From: Terriglobia bacterium
Lineage (GTDB): Bacteria > Acidobacteriota > Terriglobia > Acidiferrales > UBA7541
Direction: 5' to 3'
Length of the DNA: 64,000 nucleotides
Assembly: GCA_963695545.1 (NCBI GenBank)
Contig: OY968796.1
Coordinates: 704,001 to 768,000, forward strand
In this document: positions 1-9,396 of the stretch, piece after piece
Numbering within the stretch: the first letter of the stretch is position 1
How the letters are laid out: each line of letters starts with the position of its first letter
Notes under the pieces: generated by a model
What the model was told of the DNA's origin: nothing
Databases searched by the model: none
What the model saw: the letters and a program-made list of their open reading frames with translations, nothing else
Made by a program: the position numbers and the translations under genes

Positions 1-384
1 CATGCGTCCCGGAGCAGGCGTGGGGACAGTTCCCGCGAGCACTTTGAACAAGAGCTGGTCGATCCGTAAATTTACGCCAAAAAGATATTCAATCCGCGTC
101 GCGGCGCCGATCATTGCCACCACCCACGCTAGAAAACGCGCCAGGTAACGCACTGGCTCGCGTGCGTCGCCGGGAAGCAGCAGCGACAAAGATGTTCCCG
201 CCAGGATCAAAGCCAGCGCCATATTCGGTTTTATGGCCAGCGACCCGGGGATCACCGATTTCAGCGAATCAATATGAAACGCCCAGCCACACAGCACCAC
301 ACATCCCATGGCGATAGCCACGATCGCTGACGCTTCGCAATAGACGCGCAGAAGCTTGAACCGCCGCTCGCTACGGGGAGCCAT
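1..384 (-). CDS. N-terminal membrane sensor region of a probable signal-transduction protein (histidine kinase/diguanylate cyclase type); runs off the window edge
   Basis: Manual translation from ATG at 384 gives MAPRSERRFKLLRVYCEASAIVAIAMGCVVLCGWAFHIDSLKSVIPGSLAIKPNMALALILAG...EYLFGVNLRIDQLLFKV...PGRM, open to base 1. Multi-TM pattern (GW...PG...KPN.A; EY..G...IDQLLF; PGRM) typical of sensor N-termini. Absent from the ORF track because no stop lies in the window. Confidence 0.65.
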   Translation of the reverse strand, partial: MAPRSERRFKLLRVYCEASAIVAIAMGCVVLCGWAFHIDSLKSVIPGSLAIKPNMALALILAGTSLSLLLPGDAREPVRYLARFLAWVVAMIGAATRIEYLFGVNLRIDQLLFKVLAGTVPTPAPGRM

Positions 385-639
385 TGAAATTCCGGACTTC
401 AAGGCCAATGTGATTCCTGCCAGCAGAAAGTGACAAAAACGCACGTTCTACAGAGAAGTTTAGTTTGCCCGAATAAACATCCGATCCAAGCGAGTTTCGT
501 AGCCCCGAGTGACTAAGCGATTAATCTCGCACGCCCACTGGCCGACCGAGCGATCTGCGGGACCACCCCCGCCAGACCGCTCCTCCAATTGCGCGCAGGC
601 AGCCCGACAGGCCCAGGTTCGCCACTGTCGATTCCCACA

Positions 640-660
640 GTTCGAAATAATTTCCACAGG
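640..660. repeat. 21-bp exact repeat GTTCGAAATAATTTCCACAGG, copy 1 (candidate operator)
   Basis: Identical to 53237-53257; both copies are intergenic. Confidence 0.9.
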
Positions 661-687
661 CCTATTCGAATAACCAGCGCGTAATCA

Positions 688-716
688 TTGACATACAGTT
701 AGTTTCATGCTATAAG
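688..716 (+). promoter_or_regulatory. Near-consensus sigma70 promoter with extended -10
   Basis: TTGACA (688-693), 17-nt spacer ending TGc, TATAAG (711-716); ATG at 722. Confidence 0.75.
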
Positions 717-823
717 TTCGGATGAGTTGCAATCGCATCCCCTCGCCGCTCGATCTCTTGGCGACTTCTCCCGTCACGTTCGCCTTCCCGCGCGGTATGT
801 CGTCGCTCCGTCTGCATGCAACC

Positions 824-1110
824 TGCACTCATCATGTCAAAAAGCGTCCATCCAAACCGAGCATCCGACCAAGGATGCGAGTCCCGAGCGAGCCGCGCGT
901 TAGGCGAGTCGAGGGCCCCCTCCGAAAAAGGTGCACTCATCACAAGAAGTGCCCCTGCAAACCATTTAGTTTCAATATATTGCAAAAGAGTGCGCAACTC
1001 ACTGAATCGAAGCTATATCAACACGCTTGTTTTCACACTCATCCGCACTCTTTCCCTGGAAGTCTTTTGTTTGCAGCATTTTACGATTTTGATACCGGGG
1101 GTGTATATAC
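824..1110. repeat. Structured non-coding element: REP-like hairpins between 11-bp direct repeats plus an AT-rich segment with an inverted repeat
   Basis: TGCACTCATCA at 824-834 and 932-942; hairpin GCATCC-N6-GGATGC at 861-878; AAAGAGTGCG (985-994) pairs with CGCACTCTTT (1044-1053); 961-1110 is ~40% GC by hand count. Confidence 0.5.
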
Positions 1111-1150
1111 TCGGTCGTTCTCGGGTGCTCGTCGCCGCCATTTCAACCGT

Positions 1151-2269
1151 TCATTCAAACTTGATCAGCACGATCTCCGGTTTCGTTCCCACGCGCAGCG
1201 GCGGACCCCACGTCCCCGCGCCCCACGTCGTGAAAATTATGAGCTCCTGGAAGCGTTGCAAGCCGTGCACGTACGGCCCGTAAATTCGGTTCGTGACCCA
1301 GGTCCAGGGAAGAAATTGGCCGCCGTGCGTGTGCCCGGAAAGTTGCAGCGAAATTCCCTCTTCCGCCGCGATGGCCAGCCGATCCGGAGCGTGCAACAGC
1401 AGGACGCTGGCGCGGTCTCGATCGATGCCGGCTTGCCGCAAGACGGATCGAAAGTGCGCCGCGTCGGTGGAGTCGGGGTACATGACGCCGATCAACTGCA
1501 AGCCGTCCAGAATTATCTTTTCATTGTTCAGCACGCGCACGCCCGCGCTTTTTACGGCGTCGATAAATTTCTGGCGATTGAAGAACTCCTCATGATTCCC
1601 GGTGATGAAGTACGCGCCCAGCGGCGCGTGAATATCCGCCAAAGGCTTCGCCAGGCGCGCGCGATCGCAGGCCGTACCGTCGTACAGGTCGCCGGTGATG
1701 AACACCACGTCGGGCCGCAATCGCTCGAGCATCCTCACGATCCGCCGCAGAAAACCGACATTCCTCACGTGGCCCAGATGCGTGTCCCCCACCAGCGCCG
1801 CCACACGGCCCCGCCACGATTCCGGCAGGTTCGGCAACTTCACGCTGATCCGCGTGACGCGCGTCCACGCGGCGTTCACCATGCCGTACACGCCCAGGGC
1901 GAGCGCAACGCCGAAGAATACGAACGCGATGCCGCTTCGCGCCCAATGCAATCCCGCCACGCGCGCCGCGCCGTACACTACCCAGCACGAGCACGCCGCG
2001 AAAAGAAAGTAATTCGCGATGCCCATCCACGCCGCCGCGATCGTATAAAGCACGCGAACCAAAATGTTGAAGAAGCGAAATGCCAGAAGAGAGGTGCTCA
2101 CGAAACTGATCGAGAGCACGGCTATCGCGATTTTCAGCTCGACTAGCGACGCAGGTGCCAAGGCGGAGCGCAGATTCCAGAATCGGAGCCATGTCTCGTA
2201 GATCAGCCAATGCCCCAGGAAGAGAATCGTTTGGGCGATGGCGATGAAAATAAAAATCTGGCGTCGCAC
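1151..2269 (-). CDS. Membrane-anchored metallophosphoesterase (YkuE/YaeI-like)
   Basis: N-terminal TM helices, then GDTHLG, TGDLYD, TGNHEE, LLHAPD, SGHTHGGQ motifs. Confidence 0.9.
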   Translation of the reverse strand: MRRQIFIFIAIAQTILFLGHWLIYETWLRFWNLRSALAPASLVELKIAIAVLSISFVSTSLLAFRFFNILVRVLYTIAAAWMGIANYFLFAACSCWVVYGAARVAGLHWARSGIAFVFFGVALALGVYGMVNAAWTRVTRISVKLPNLPESWRGRVAALVGDTHLGHVRNVGFLRRIVRMLERLRPDVVFITGDLYDGTACDRARLAKPLADIHAPLGAYFITGNHEEFFNRQKFIDAVKSAGVRVLNNEKIILDGLQLIGVMYPDSTDAAHFRSVLRQAGIDRDRASVLLLHAPDRLAIAAEEGISLQLSGHTHGGQFLPWTWVTNRIYGPYVHGLQRFQELIIFTTWGAGTWGPPLRVGTKPEIVLIKFE

Positions 2270-2381
2270 TCGGACCTGACCTCGATCACGATGTTATCAA
2301 ACCGCGTTCCTAAATCGCTTCGAGGTCACTCCGCGATCGAAATGAACGGTGGGATCGACCCGCCCGCAAGCCGCGAGTCAC

Positions 2382-3284
2382 TCATGGATGCGCCCTGTTT
2401 TGCGCGACATTCTGACCCGAGTTCGGCGCCGATTCCTTCGCTGCGTTCACGGCGTCCCGTGTGTCCGTCAGGGTTTTCATCATGATTTCACGCGGCAATT
2501 TATTCGTCAGCGGCTCAATCAGCCAGCGGAACGCCCACGGAATTCCGCGGCTCAGCGCGATCGTTTCAATTTCCACGTATACGCCGCCGTCGCGCTGTTC
2601 CAAGCGTGTCACGCCGACCTCGCGCCAGATATATCCCGGCCGTTGGTCCTCCGGATAAACATGCTCGTTCGGCTCTCCGTAGTCGGCGATCTCCTGCACG
2701 CGCACCGCGTTGCTCACGACGTAGGCCCGGTTCGCGTCCACCCTCACGATCCGCACATCGTTGTCGGTCTCCACCGCAGCGGTCACGGAAAAAGCCCTCT
2801 GCACCATCACCAGCGTTACCGTCTCATCGTCGCCGTTTCGCTCGAGCACGGCCGACTTCGCCACAAACGGCTTGTAAAAATCGCTGTAGTGATCGTAGTC
2901 GCCAAGCACGCCCACCACCTGGTCGAGCGTGACGTTCGGAAGAAACATCGTGCCAACCCAATCGTGGATAAGCCCGTGAGGCACGTCGTGAGGATCGTTG
3001 TTCACCACCACGATTTCACCGCCCCGCAAGCGCGGTGCAAGATCCGTCGGTTCATCCACCGACAAAAATGGGCTGCTTCCCGCGGCGCGCGACGTCGTGG
3101 TTGCCTTGATGATCTGGATGTAAGCGTCCCACGCCTGCACCGTTACCGGCTTCAGGTCGGTTGCGCCCATTGGCGCCGCGCTCAGCAGAAGGAACAGGCC
3201 CGCCAGAGCCGCCGCGATTCTTGCCGCAAGGGGTTTCCGTCCGTGCTCCGCCCCTGCGCCCAGCGTCCCGATTTTCTCTCGCAT
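2382..3284 (-). CDS. Secreted hypothetical protein (possible START/SRPBCC-like fold)
   Basis: Signal-peptide-like N-terminus (AALAGLFLLLSAAPMGA); GLIHDWVG...TLDQVVGVLGDYDHY pattern. The fold is a guess. Confidence 0.6.
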   Translation of the reverse strand: MREKIGTLGAGAEHGRKPLAARIAAALAGLFLLLSAAPMGATDLKPVTVQAWDAYIQIIKATTTSRAAGSSPFLSVDEPTDLAPRLRGGEIVVVNNDPHDVPHGLIHDWVGTMFLPNVTLDQVVGVLGDYDHYSDFYKPFVAKSAVLERNGDDETVTLVMVQRAFSVTAAVETDNDVRIVRVDANRAYVVSNAVRVQEIADYGEPNEHVYPEDQRPGYIWREVGVTRLEQRDGGVYVEIETIALSRGIPWAFRWLIEPLTNKLPREIMMKTLTDTRDAVNAAKESAPNSGQNVAQNRAHP

Positions 3285-3329
3285 GTTCGCTCCCCCCGGA
3301 TTCTCAGGCCGCGCGGATGGCCGTTGAGC

Positions 3330-3890
3330 TTACGCCTTGATGAACTGCACATCCAACGTAATGGTGACTTGGTCGCCGATCAGCACGCCGCCGGTTTCGA
3401 GCGCTCCGTTCCAGATCAGACCGAACTCCTTCCGGCTGATGCGCGTCGTTGCGGACAATCCAATGCGCGTGTTGCCGTACGGATCTTTCGCCGGCGAGCT
3501 GGGCCCCTCAACTTCAAATACAACGTTGCGGCTGACGCCGTGAATGGAAAGCACGCCTGTGACGGCAAGCTCCCCATCTACGGTCTTCGTGATGCGGGTG
3601 GATTTAAAAGTCAGAGTAGGAAACTTTTCGGCGTCGAAGAAATCCGCGCTCTTCAGATGCGCGTCTCGCTGAGGGTCGCGAGTGCTGATGGTAGTGGCGT
3701 CGATCGTCGCCTCGATGCGCGAGTTTGTGATATCCGCGCGGTCAAGCGTCAGCGTGCCCGTGACGCCCGTGAACTCGCCCAAAACGTTCGAGATCATCAT
3801 GTGCTTCACTTTGAATTGCGCGCTGCTGTGTATGGGATCGATGTTCCAAGTGGTGGTCGCGTTTTCTACGGCAGTGTGTGCAGAGCTCAT
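3330..3890 (-). CDS. yceI: YceI family (polyisoprenoid-binding) protein
   Basis: WNIDPIHSSAQFKVKHMMISNV, RDAHLKSADFFD, RISRKEFGL. Start set at ATG 3890 behind an AGGAGG RBS; the ORF track over-extends to 4262. Confidence 0.92.
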   Translation of the reverse strand: MSSAHTAVENATTTWNIDPIHSSAQFKVKHMMISNVLGEFTGVTGTLTLDRADITNSRIEATIDATTISTRDPQRDAHLKSADFFDAEKFPTLTFKSTRITKTVDGELAVTGVLSIHGVSRNVVFEVEGPSSPAKDPYGNTRIGLSATTRISRKEFGLIWNGALETGGVLIGDQVTITLDVQFIKA

Positions 3891-3916
3891 GGAATAACCT
3901 CCTGTGCTACAGATGA

Positions 3917-3928
3917 TCGTTGCAACGA
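3917..3928. promoter_or_regulatory. Perfect 12-bp palindrome TCGTTGCAACGA, candidate repressor operator for yceI
   Basis: Self-complementary; 27 nt upstream of the yceI start. Confidence 0.45.
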
Positions 3929-4440
3929 CAAAGTTTCGCGGATCATGCTTTTTTTTCGCGCGAGCCGAGTGGCCGTGATTGGCCGTGCGTCCCAGAAAAC
4001 CCCTGATCCTGCGTAAGAGACTGAAAATAAATATAGATGCGTCGATGGCAAGATCAATCTTTGCGGCGGGCAGGCGGCGCGCGTCCGGGCCCCCGAGCCA
4101 GGGCCTTTGACCCGCCCGGGGCGGGTTCGACGCGTCCGGCGTCGGAACTGCATAACGAAGGAGACTGAAATTATGAGTCGCATCGCCGGAGAAATCGCTG
4201 ATTCGGCGGCCGCGGCCGGTGTGTTGTATTGCTGCATATGTCTTTCGACACTGCATTCTCATGGCTCGCTCCGGGCGCGCGGCAAGATGTTAAATTTGAC
4301 TCAGGCGGACACGTTTATCGCCGCAGTTCACTTTACCAGGGAGTCTCGCTCCGGTCAGCGGCTGCAGCAATTTCGCCCCACACCGTTCGTAGAGTTCCGT
4401 CCAAGGGCCCAAAGGCCTCCGGCCCGGGAAGACTGCAGGC

Positions 4441-6720
4441 ATGAGAAACATCCGGCTGAGAACAAAGTTCCTGCTTTCACTGCTGGCCGTTTCGGCGGGT
4501 CTGACGGCCGCGACGCTAGCGGTGGTGAGTTATAACGTCCAGAAGCGCATCCGCGAATCGCTCCAGGACGACCTGCGGACCTCGCTAAATACTTATCAGA
4601 CATTTGAGAAGCAACGGGAGGAGTCGCTCGAGCGGTCGGCGGGGTTGGTCGCCAGCTTGCCCACGGTTCGCGCGCTGATGACTACGGACGATCCGGCGAC
4701 GATTCAGGATGAATCCGAAAGCATCCGGCAACTGAGCGAAAGCGATTTGCTGGTGCTGGCGGATCGTCGCGGCGAAGTGGCGGGACTGAGCGCGAGCGCC
4801 GGGGATTTCACCGAGAAGGATGCGCAGGAGCTTCTCCAGAATTCGCTGCAAGCGGGGCGCGATGGCGACTGGTGGTACGGCGCGGGGCACCTCTATGAAG
4901 TGAGAATTCAGCCGATTTATCTCGGCGAGGGCAGCGACTCCACGTTGTTGGGTCTGCTTGCGGTCGGCAAGGAGATCAACAATCGCACGGCGGCGGATTT
5001 TGGCTCGATTGTCGCGAGCCAGGTGATCTTTCGCTCGGGGGACAACATCGTCGCGAGCACCCTGAGCGGCGCGGGACCCGCGGGAGCGGGCGGTGCGTAC
5101 GCCTCGGGCGGCGCGTCCTCGAATACGGCATCCTCGCGATCGTCGGAGGAGGTGCAAATTGGAAGCGAGCGATTTCTTGAAAGCAGTTTGGACCTGTCGG
5201 GCGAGGCCACACCTGCCGTAACACTGAGCGTGCTGAAGTCACTCGACCAGGCGACGGCGTTCTTGAACCGGCTGAATCGCGTGCTGCTCGGGCTCGGACT
5301 GCTGAGCGTGGTGGCGGGCGGCACATTGGTATTTTTAATTTCGCACACGTTCACGCGGCCGCTCTCCGGCCTCGTGTCAGGCGTGAGGGCGCTCGAGCGC
5401 GGCGACTTCAATTATCCGCTCGAAAAAACGGGCGGCGATGAAGTGGCCGAAGTCACCGGCGCATTCGCGAGAATGCGCGTGACGCTGCGAAATTCGCTGG
5501 AGGAAGAAAAGCATCTCGAAGAACAGTTGCGCCAGGCGCACAAGATGGAAGCGGTAGGGCGGCTGGCGGGCGGCGTGGCGCACGATTTCAACAACCTTCT
5601 AACGATTATTCGCGGCAACGCGGACATCCTGGCGGATCGCGAAGGCGCCGACTATCTTCAAAAGCGCTGCGTGGATCAAATTCGTAATGCGTCGGGGCGC
5701 GCGGTTTCCATGACACGGCAACTGCTGGCGTTCAGCCGGATGCAGGTGCTCCAGCCGCGCGTGCTCGATCTAAACACGATTGTTTCCGAGATGGGCAAGA
5801 TGCTGCCGCGATTGATCGGCGAACACATCGAATATTTCTATGCGCCGGAGCCGAAGTTGGCGCCCGTGCTCGCGGATCCCGGCCAATTGGAACAGGTGAT
5901 CCTGAATCTCGCCGTGAATGCGCGAGATGCCATGCCCGGCGGCGGCAAACTCACGGTGCGCACGCGCAACGTGATCATCAACGAGCGCGACGCCAGCCTG
6001 CGCCCTCCGATGACGTCCGGGAACTACGTGCTTCTCTCCATCACCGACACCGGCCACGGAATTGACGCCGAAACGAAATCGCATATTTTTGAGCCGTTCT
6101 TCACGACCAAGGCCGCCGGCCAGGGCACCGGCCTCGGCCTCGCCACCGTTTACGGCGTGGTGAAGCAGAGCGGCGGCTTCGTCTGGGTTGAAAGCGCGCC
6201 GGGCAAAGGCGCGACATTCGAGATTTATCTGCCGCGATCGGCGAAAAGCATAATGGAGGCGGACATCGACGCGGCGGCCTCCCCGTCGCCCGGAGGCAGT
6301 GAGACGATTCTGGTGGTCGAGGATGAAGAGGGCGTGCGGCAATTGGCATCGCTATTCCTCGGCGAAAAAGGTTATCGCGTGCTGCAAGCGAGTAACGGAG
6401 CCGAAGCTCTTGAAGTGGCAGCGCGGCACGCCGGCGCGATCCATCTGGTGCTGAGCGATATGGTGATGCCGCGGATGAGCGGCCGAGAGATGGTTGAGGA
6501 GCTGAAGGAAGTCCGGCACGGGACGAAATTCCTGTTCATGACCGGGTACGCCGAATATCTGGGGAATCGGAGTGGGCACGAAGGTGTGGCCGGCCCTGAG
6601 GAAATCGCGATTATTCAAAAGCCGTTTTCAAAGCAGTCGCTGCTGGAAAAAGTTCGAGAGACCCTGACGGCCAATTCCGTTGTGCAACTTACCTGGTCGG
6701 CGCCGGAGCGAATCGATTGA
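4441..6720 (+). CDS. Hybrid sensor histidine kinase/response regulator (periplasmic sensor, HAMP, HisKA, HATPase, REC)
   Basis: Two TM helices; H-box [45 protein letters not shown]...SDMVMP...KPF. Confidence 0.95.
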   Translation: MRNIRLRTKFLLSLLAVSAGLTAATLAVVSYNVQKRIRESLQDDLRTSLNTYQTFEKQREESLERSAGLVASLPTVRALMTTDDPATIQDESESIRQLSESDLLVLADRRGEVAGLSASAGDFTEKDAQELLQNSLQAGRDGDWWYGAGHLYEVRIQPIYLGEGSDSTLLGLLAVGKEINNRTAADFGSIVASQVIFRSGDNIVASTLSGAGPAGAGGAYASGGASSNTASSRSSEEVQIGSERFLESSLDLSGEATPAVTLSVLKSLDQATAFLNRLNRVLLGLGLLSVVAGGTLVFLISHTFTRPLSGLVSGVRALERGDFNYPLEKTGGDEVAEVTGAFARMRVTLRNSLEEEKHLEEQLRQAHKMEAVGRLAGGVAHDFNNLLTIIRGNADILADREGADYLQKRCVDQIRNASGRAVSMTRQLLAFSRMQVLQPRVLDLNTIVSEMGKMLPRLIGEHIEYFYAPEPKLAPVLADPGQLEQVILNLAVNARDAMPGGGKLTVRTRNVIINERDASLRPPMTSGNYVLLSITDTGHGIDAETKSHIFEPFFTTKAAGQGTGLGLATVYGVVKQSGGFVWVESAPGKGATFEIYLPRSAKSIMEADIDAAASPSPGGSETILVVEDEEGVRQLASLFLGEKGYRVLQASNGAEALEVAARHAGAIHLVLSDMVMPRMSGREMVEELKEVRHGTKFLFMTGYAEYLGNRSGHEGVAGPEEIAIIQKPFSKQSLLEKVRETLTANSVVQLTWSAPERID

Positions 6721-6785
6721 GACCTAAGCGTTCCGCATTCTGGGTGAAGCGAGCGCGCACTCGGCTTAGGAGAAAGAAGGCAAAC

Positions 6786-8477
6786 ATGCGAGGCGCGAGA
6801 AGCAACGTGGTGATGCTGGCCGTCATCGCCGGCATTTCGCTGTTGGGCGCGCGGCCGATTCTCGCTCAGAGCGCCGCGGGCTCAACCTCGTCGTCACAGG
6901 CGCAGCCGGGCCCGGGCGCAAACCAGGACGCCAACATTCAAAGCTTGACCGCAATCGTGCAGCAGTTGCAGAGCCAGGTGCAAAAACTGAGCACGCAACT
7001 GGACGCAATGCGCGAAGAGGAGCAACAGGCCCGTGAAGATGCGGGCGCGCTGCGCAAAGAACTGGATGACGCGAAATCCAAGCTGGCTTCGCTGACCGGC
7101 GCGCCCGCCGGCCTACCAACGGCCAGTCCGGCGCCGGCGGCGACTCTAGCAATGTCTGCGCCCGCCCCCGATCCCGCTGGCTATTCCAACGATCAGAGCA
7201 CGGACACTCCGCAGCAAGTTCCGCAAGCAGCTGCGCCTTCGAACAGCGAGGACCAAATCGCGCGGATCCAAGAAGACCAGCAGCTCACCAGCGCCGAAAT
7301 CAAGGAACAAAGTCAGACGAAGGTTGAAAGCGGTTCAAAATACAGGCTGCGGCTTTCGGGAATTGTACTGCTGAACTTATTTTCTAATCGCGGAGCCGTG
7401 GACAACATCGATTTCCCGGAGATCGCCGAGGCGCCTTATCCCAACGGGACGAATTCGACGTTCGGCGGATCGCTGCGCCAGTCTCAGATCTCGCTTGCGG
7501 CGTTCGGGCCGAACATTGCGGGCGCGCACACCAGCGCGAATATCACTTTCGATTTTGCCGGGGCGATTCCGGAAGTGCCGAACGGCGCAGTCACCGGTCT
7601 GGTTCGGCTGCGGACGGGAACGATTCGTTTCGACTGGGCCAATACGTCGATCATCGCCGGTCAGGACGCTCTTTTCATCGCGCCGCTCAGCCCGACTTCT
7701 TTCGCGACGCTTGCCGTGCCTCCGCTCTCGTACGCCGGCAATCTGTGGAGTTGGGCGCCGCAAGTCCGCATCGAGCACCGATTCAATTTCTCGAACGGCT
7801 CGAAAGTCCTGGCGCAAGCGGGAATTCTCGATCCCCTCTCCGGTGACGTGCCGTACGAGCAATTCGCCCGCGACCCCACATTCGGAGAGCAGTCCGGGAT
7901 GCCTGCGATTGCGGCGCGAGTCGCGTGGAGCCACGCCACCGCCCAGGATCGGAGCGTGACGCTTGGATTCAGCGGTTACTACAGCCGCGAGGGTTGGGGC
8001 GACGGGCGATACGTGGACGCCTGGGCCACCATCATGGATCTGACCGTGCCACTCACGCGAAGATTCGAGTTGACGACCCAATTCTATCGCGGACAGGCGG
8101 TCGCCGGGCTTGGCGGCGGAATCGGCCAAAGCGTACTGTGGAACGGCTCGCTGACAGACCCTTCGACGAAAGTCGTGGGCCTCGATTCCGTGGGCGGTTG
8201 GGCGCAGATCAAATTCAAGGCCACGCCGAAGATCCAATTGAACGCGGCGCTGGGCGATGACAATCCGTTCGCCCCGGAGTTGCGCGAGTATTATTGGAAC
8301 ACGGGATATTACGGCTCTGCGCTGTCGAGGAATTTTAGTCCGTTCTTTAATGTCATTTATCGGCCTCGCTCGGACGCGCTTTTTTCGCTCGAGTATCAGC
8401 GCCTGAAAACCTACACCTTGGATAGCACCGCGAACAGCTCGAACCACGTCGACTTGAGCATGGGGTACATTTTTTGA
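6786..8477 (+). CDS. Outer-membrane beta-barrel/porin-like protein with N-terminal coiled coil (DcaP-like architecture)
   Basis: Signal peptide, Q/E-rich coiled coil, alternating aromatic beta strands, C-terminal GYIF. Start may be ATG 6786 or TTG 6717. Confidence 0.7.
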   Translation: MRGARSNVVMLAVIAGISLLGARPILAQSAAGSTSSSQAQPGPGANQDANIQSLTAIVQQLQSQVQKLSTQLDAMREEEQQAREDAGALRKELDDAKSKLASLTGAPAGLPTASPAPAATLAMSAPAPDPAGYSNDQSTDTPQQVPQAAAPSNSEDQIARIQEDQQLTSAEIKEQSQTKVESGSKYRLRLSGIVLLNLFSNRGAVDNIDFPEIAEAPYPNGTNSTFGGSLRQSQISLAAFGPNIAGAHTSANITFDFAGAIPEVPNGAVTGLVRLRTGTIRFDWANTSIIAGQDALFIAPLSPTSFATLAVPPLSYAGNLWSWAPQVRIEHRFNFSNGSKVLAQAGILDPLSGDVPYEQFARDPTFGEQSGMPAIAARVAWSHATAQDRSVTLGFSGYYSREGWGDGRYVDAWATIMDLTVPLTRRFELTTQFYRGQAVAGLGGGIGQSVLWNGSLTDPSTKVVGLDSVGGWAQIKFKATPKIQLNAALGDDNPFAPELREYYWNTGYYGSALSRNFSPFFNVIYRPRSDALFSLEYQRLKTYTLDSTANSSNHVDLSMGYIF

Positions 8478-9244
8478 TGCGCAGAGAAAATATTGTGCGC
8501 CACCTTCTAGCGATTCTGATTTTGTTCGCTCTGTGCGCTGGCCTTGCCTCCAGACCAGCAAGAGCCCAGTCGAACGCCGTTACGGCGACCGTTGACGTTC
8601 GGTCCGCCGCTACGGGAAGCACGAATCCCAAACCCGGGGCCCCGAGCGATGCCTCCGGAGTGGTGGTCTGGCTCAAGCCGCTCGACGCCACGACGCCGCT
8701 TCCCGCACCGAACCAAACCGGCCATCCGAGACCGCAGATCGCGCAGCACAACAAGATGTTCGAGCCGCATCTGCTGGTCGTTCAGGCCGGCACGGTAGTG
8801 GATTTTCCGAACCGCGATCCCTTCTTCCACAACGTCTTCTCGTTGTTCGATGGAAAGCGATTCGATCTCGGCCTTTACGAAGCCGGCGCCACGAATTCGG
8901 TGCGCTTCGATCGTGTCGGCGTCAGCTACCTTTTCTGCAACATCCATCCGGAAATGAGCGCGGTGGTAGTTGCGGTGGATACGACCTACTTTGCTGTTTC
9001 GGATGCGTCGGGCGCGGTGACGGTTACAAACGTGCCTGCCGGCCGATACGAACTGCACGTTTGGTATGAGCGCAGCCTTCCCGAAGATCTGACGAAGCTG
9101 ACGCGGGTGGTGCGCATATCCGATTCCGCGCACGACCTCGGCGCAATTTCCGTGTTTGCAAACCCGAACTTCACCTCAGCACATGAAAATAAGTACGGCG
9201 AGGACTACGTTCCTCCTCCCGCCGACGGCTACGGGAATCCCTAG
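8477..9244 (+). CDS. Secreted cupredoxin-domain protein (MauL-like) with carboxypeptidase-regulatory-like domain
   Basis: FPNRDPFFHNVFS and FCNIHPEM supply His/Cys/His/Met type-1 Cu-like ligands; TGATG overlap with the upstream stop. Confidence 0.75.
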   Translation: MRRENIVRHLLAILILFALCAGLASRPARAQSNAVTATVDVRSAATGSTNPKPGAPSDASGVVVWLKPLDATTPLPAPNQTGHPRPQIAQHNKMFEPHLLVVQAGTVVDFPNRDPFFHNVFSLFDGKRFDLGLYEAGATNSVRFDRVGVSYLFCNIHPEMSAVVVAVDTTYFAVSDASGAVTVTNVPAGRYELHVWYERSLPEDLTKLTRVVRISDSAHDLGAISVFANPNFTSAHENKYGEDYVPPPADGYGNP

Positions 9245-9396
9245 TCAAGCACGCTGCGTTCTATCCCGTCTTCTGCGCATCACCGCCGACCGTGCGGTAA
9301 GCGCGCACCAAAGATGCGGGAATAGGGTACGGCCCCCATTGAGTTCCGCGTAATTAGGCGCGCCAACACGTCCTGAAGGCGACGCGTCGATAATCG

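Noticed and set aside
722..2146. 474-aa + strand ORF as a full-length protein gene
   Set aside because: About 70% is antisense to the clear metallophosphoesterase gene and has R/H/P-rich shadow composition. Only the promoter and 5' region are kept as a finding.
2349..4016. 555-aa + strand ORF
   Set aside because: Antisense shadow of the secreted protein and yceI.
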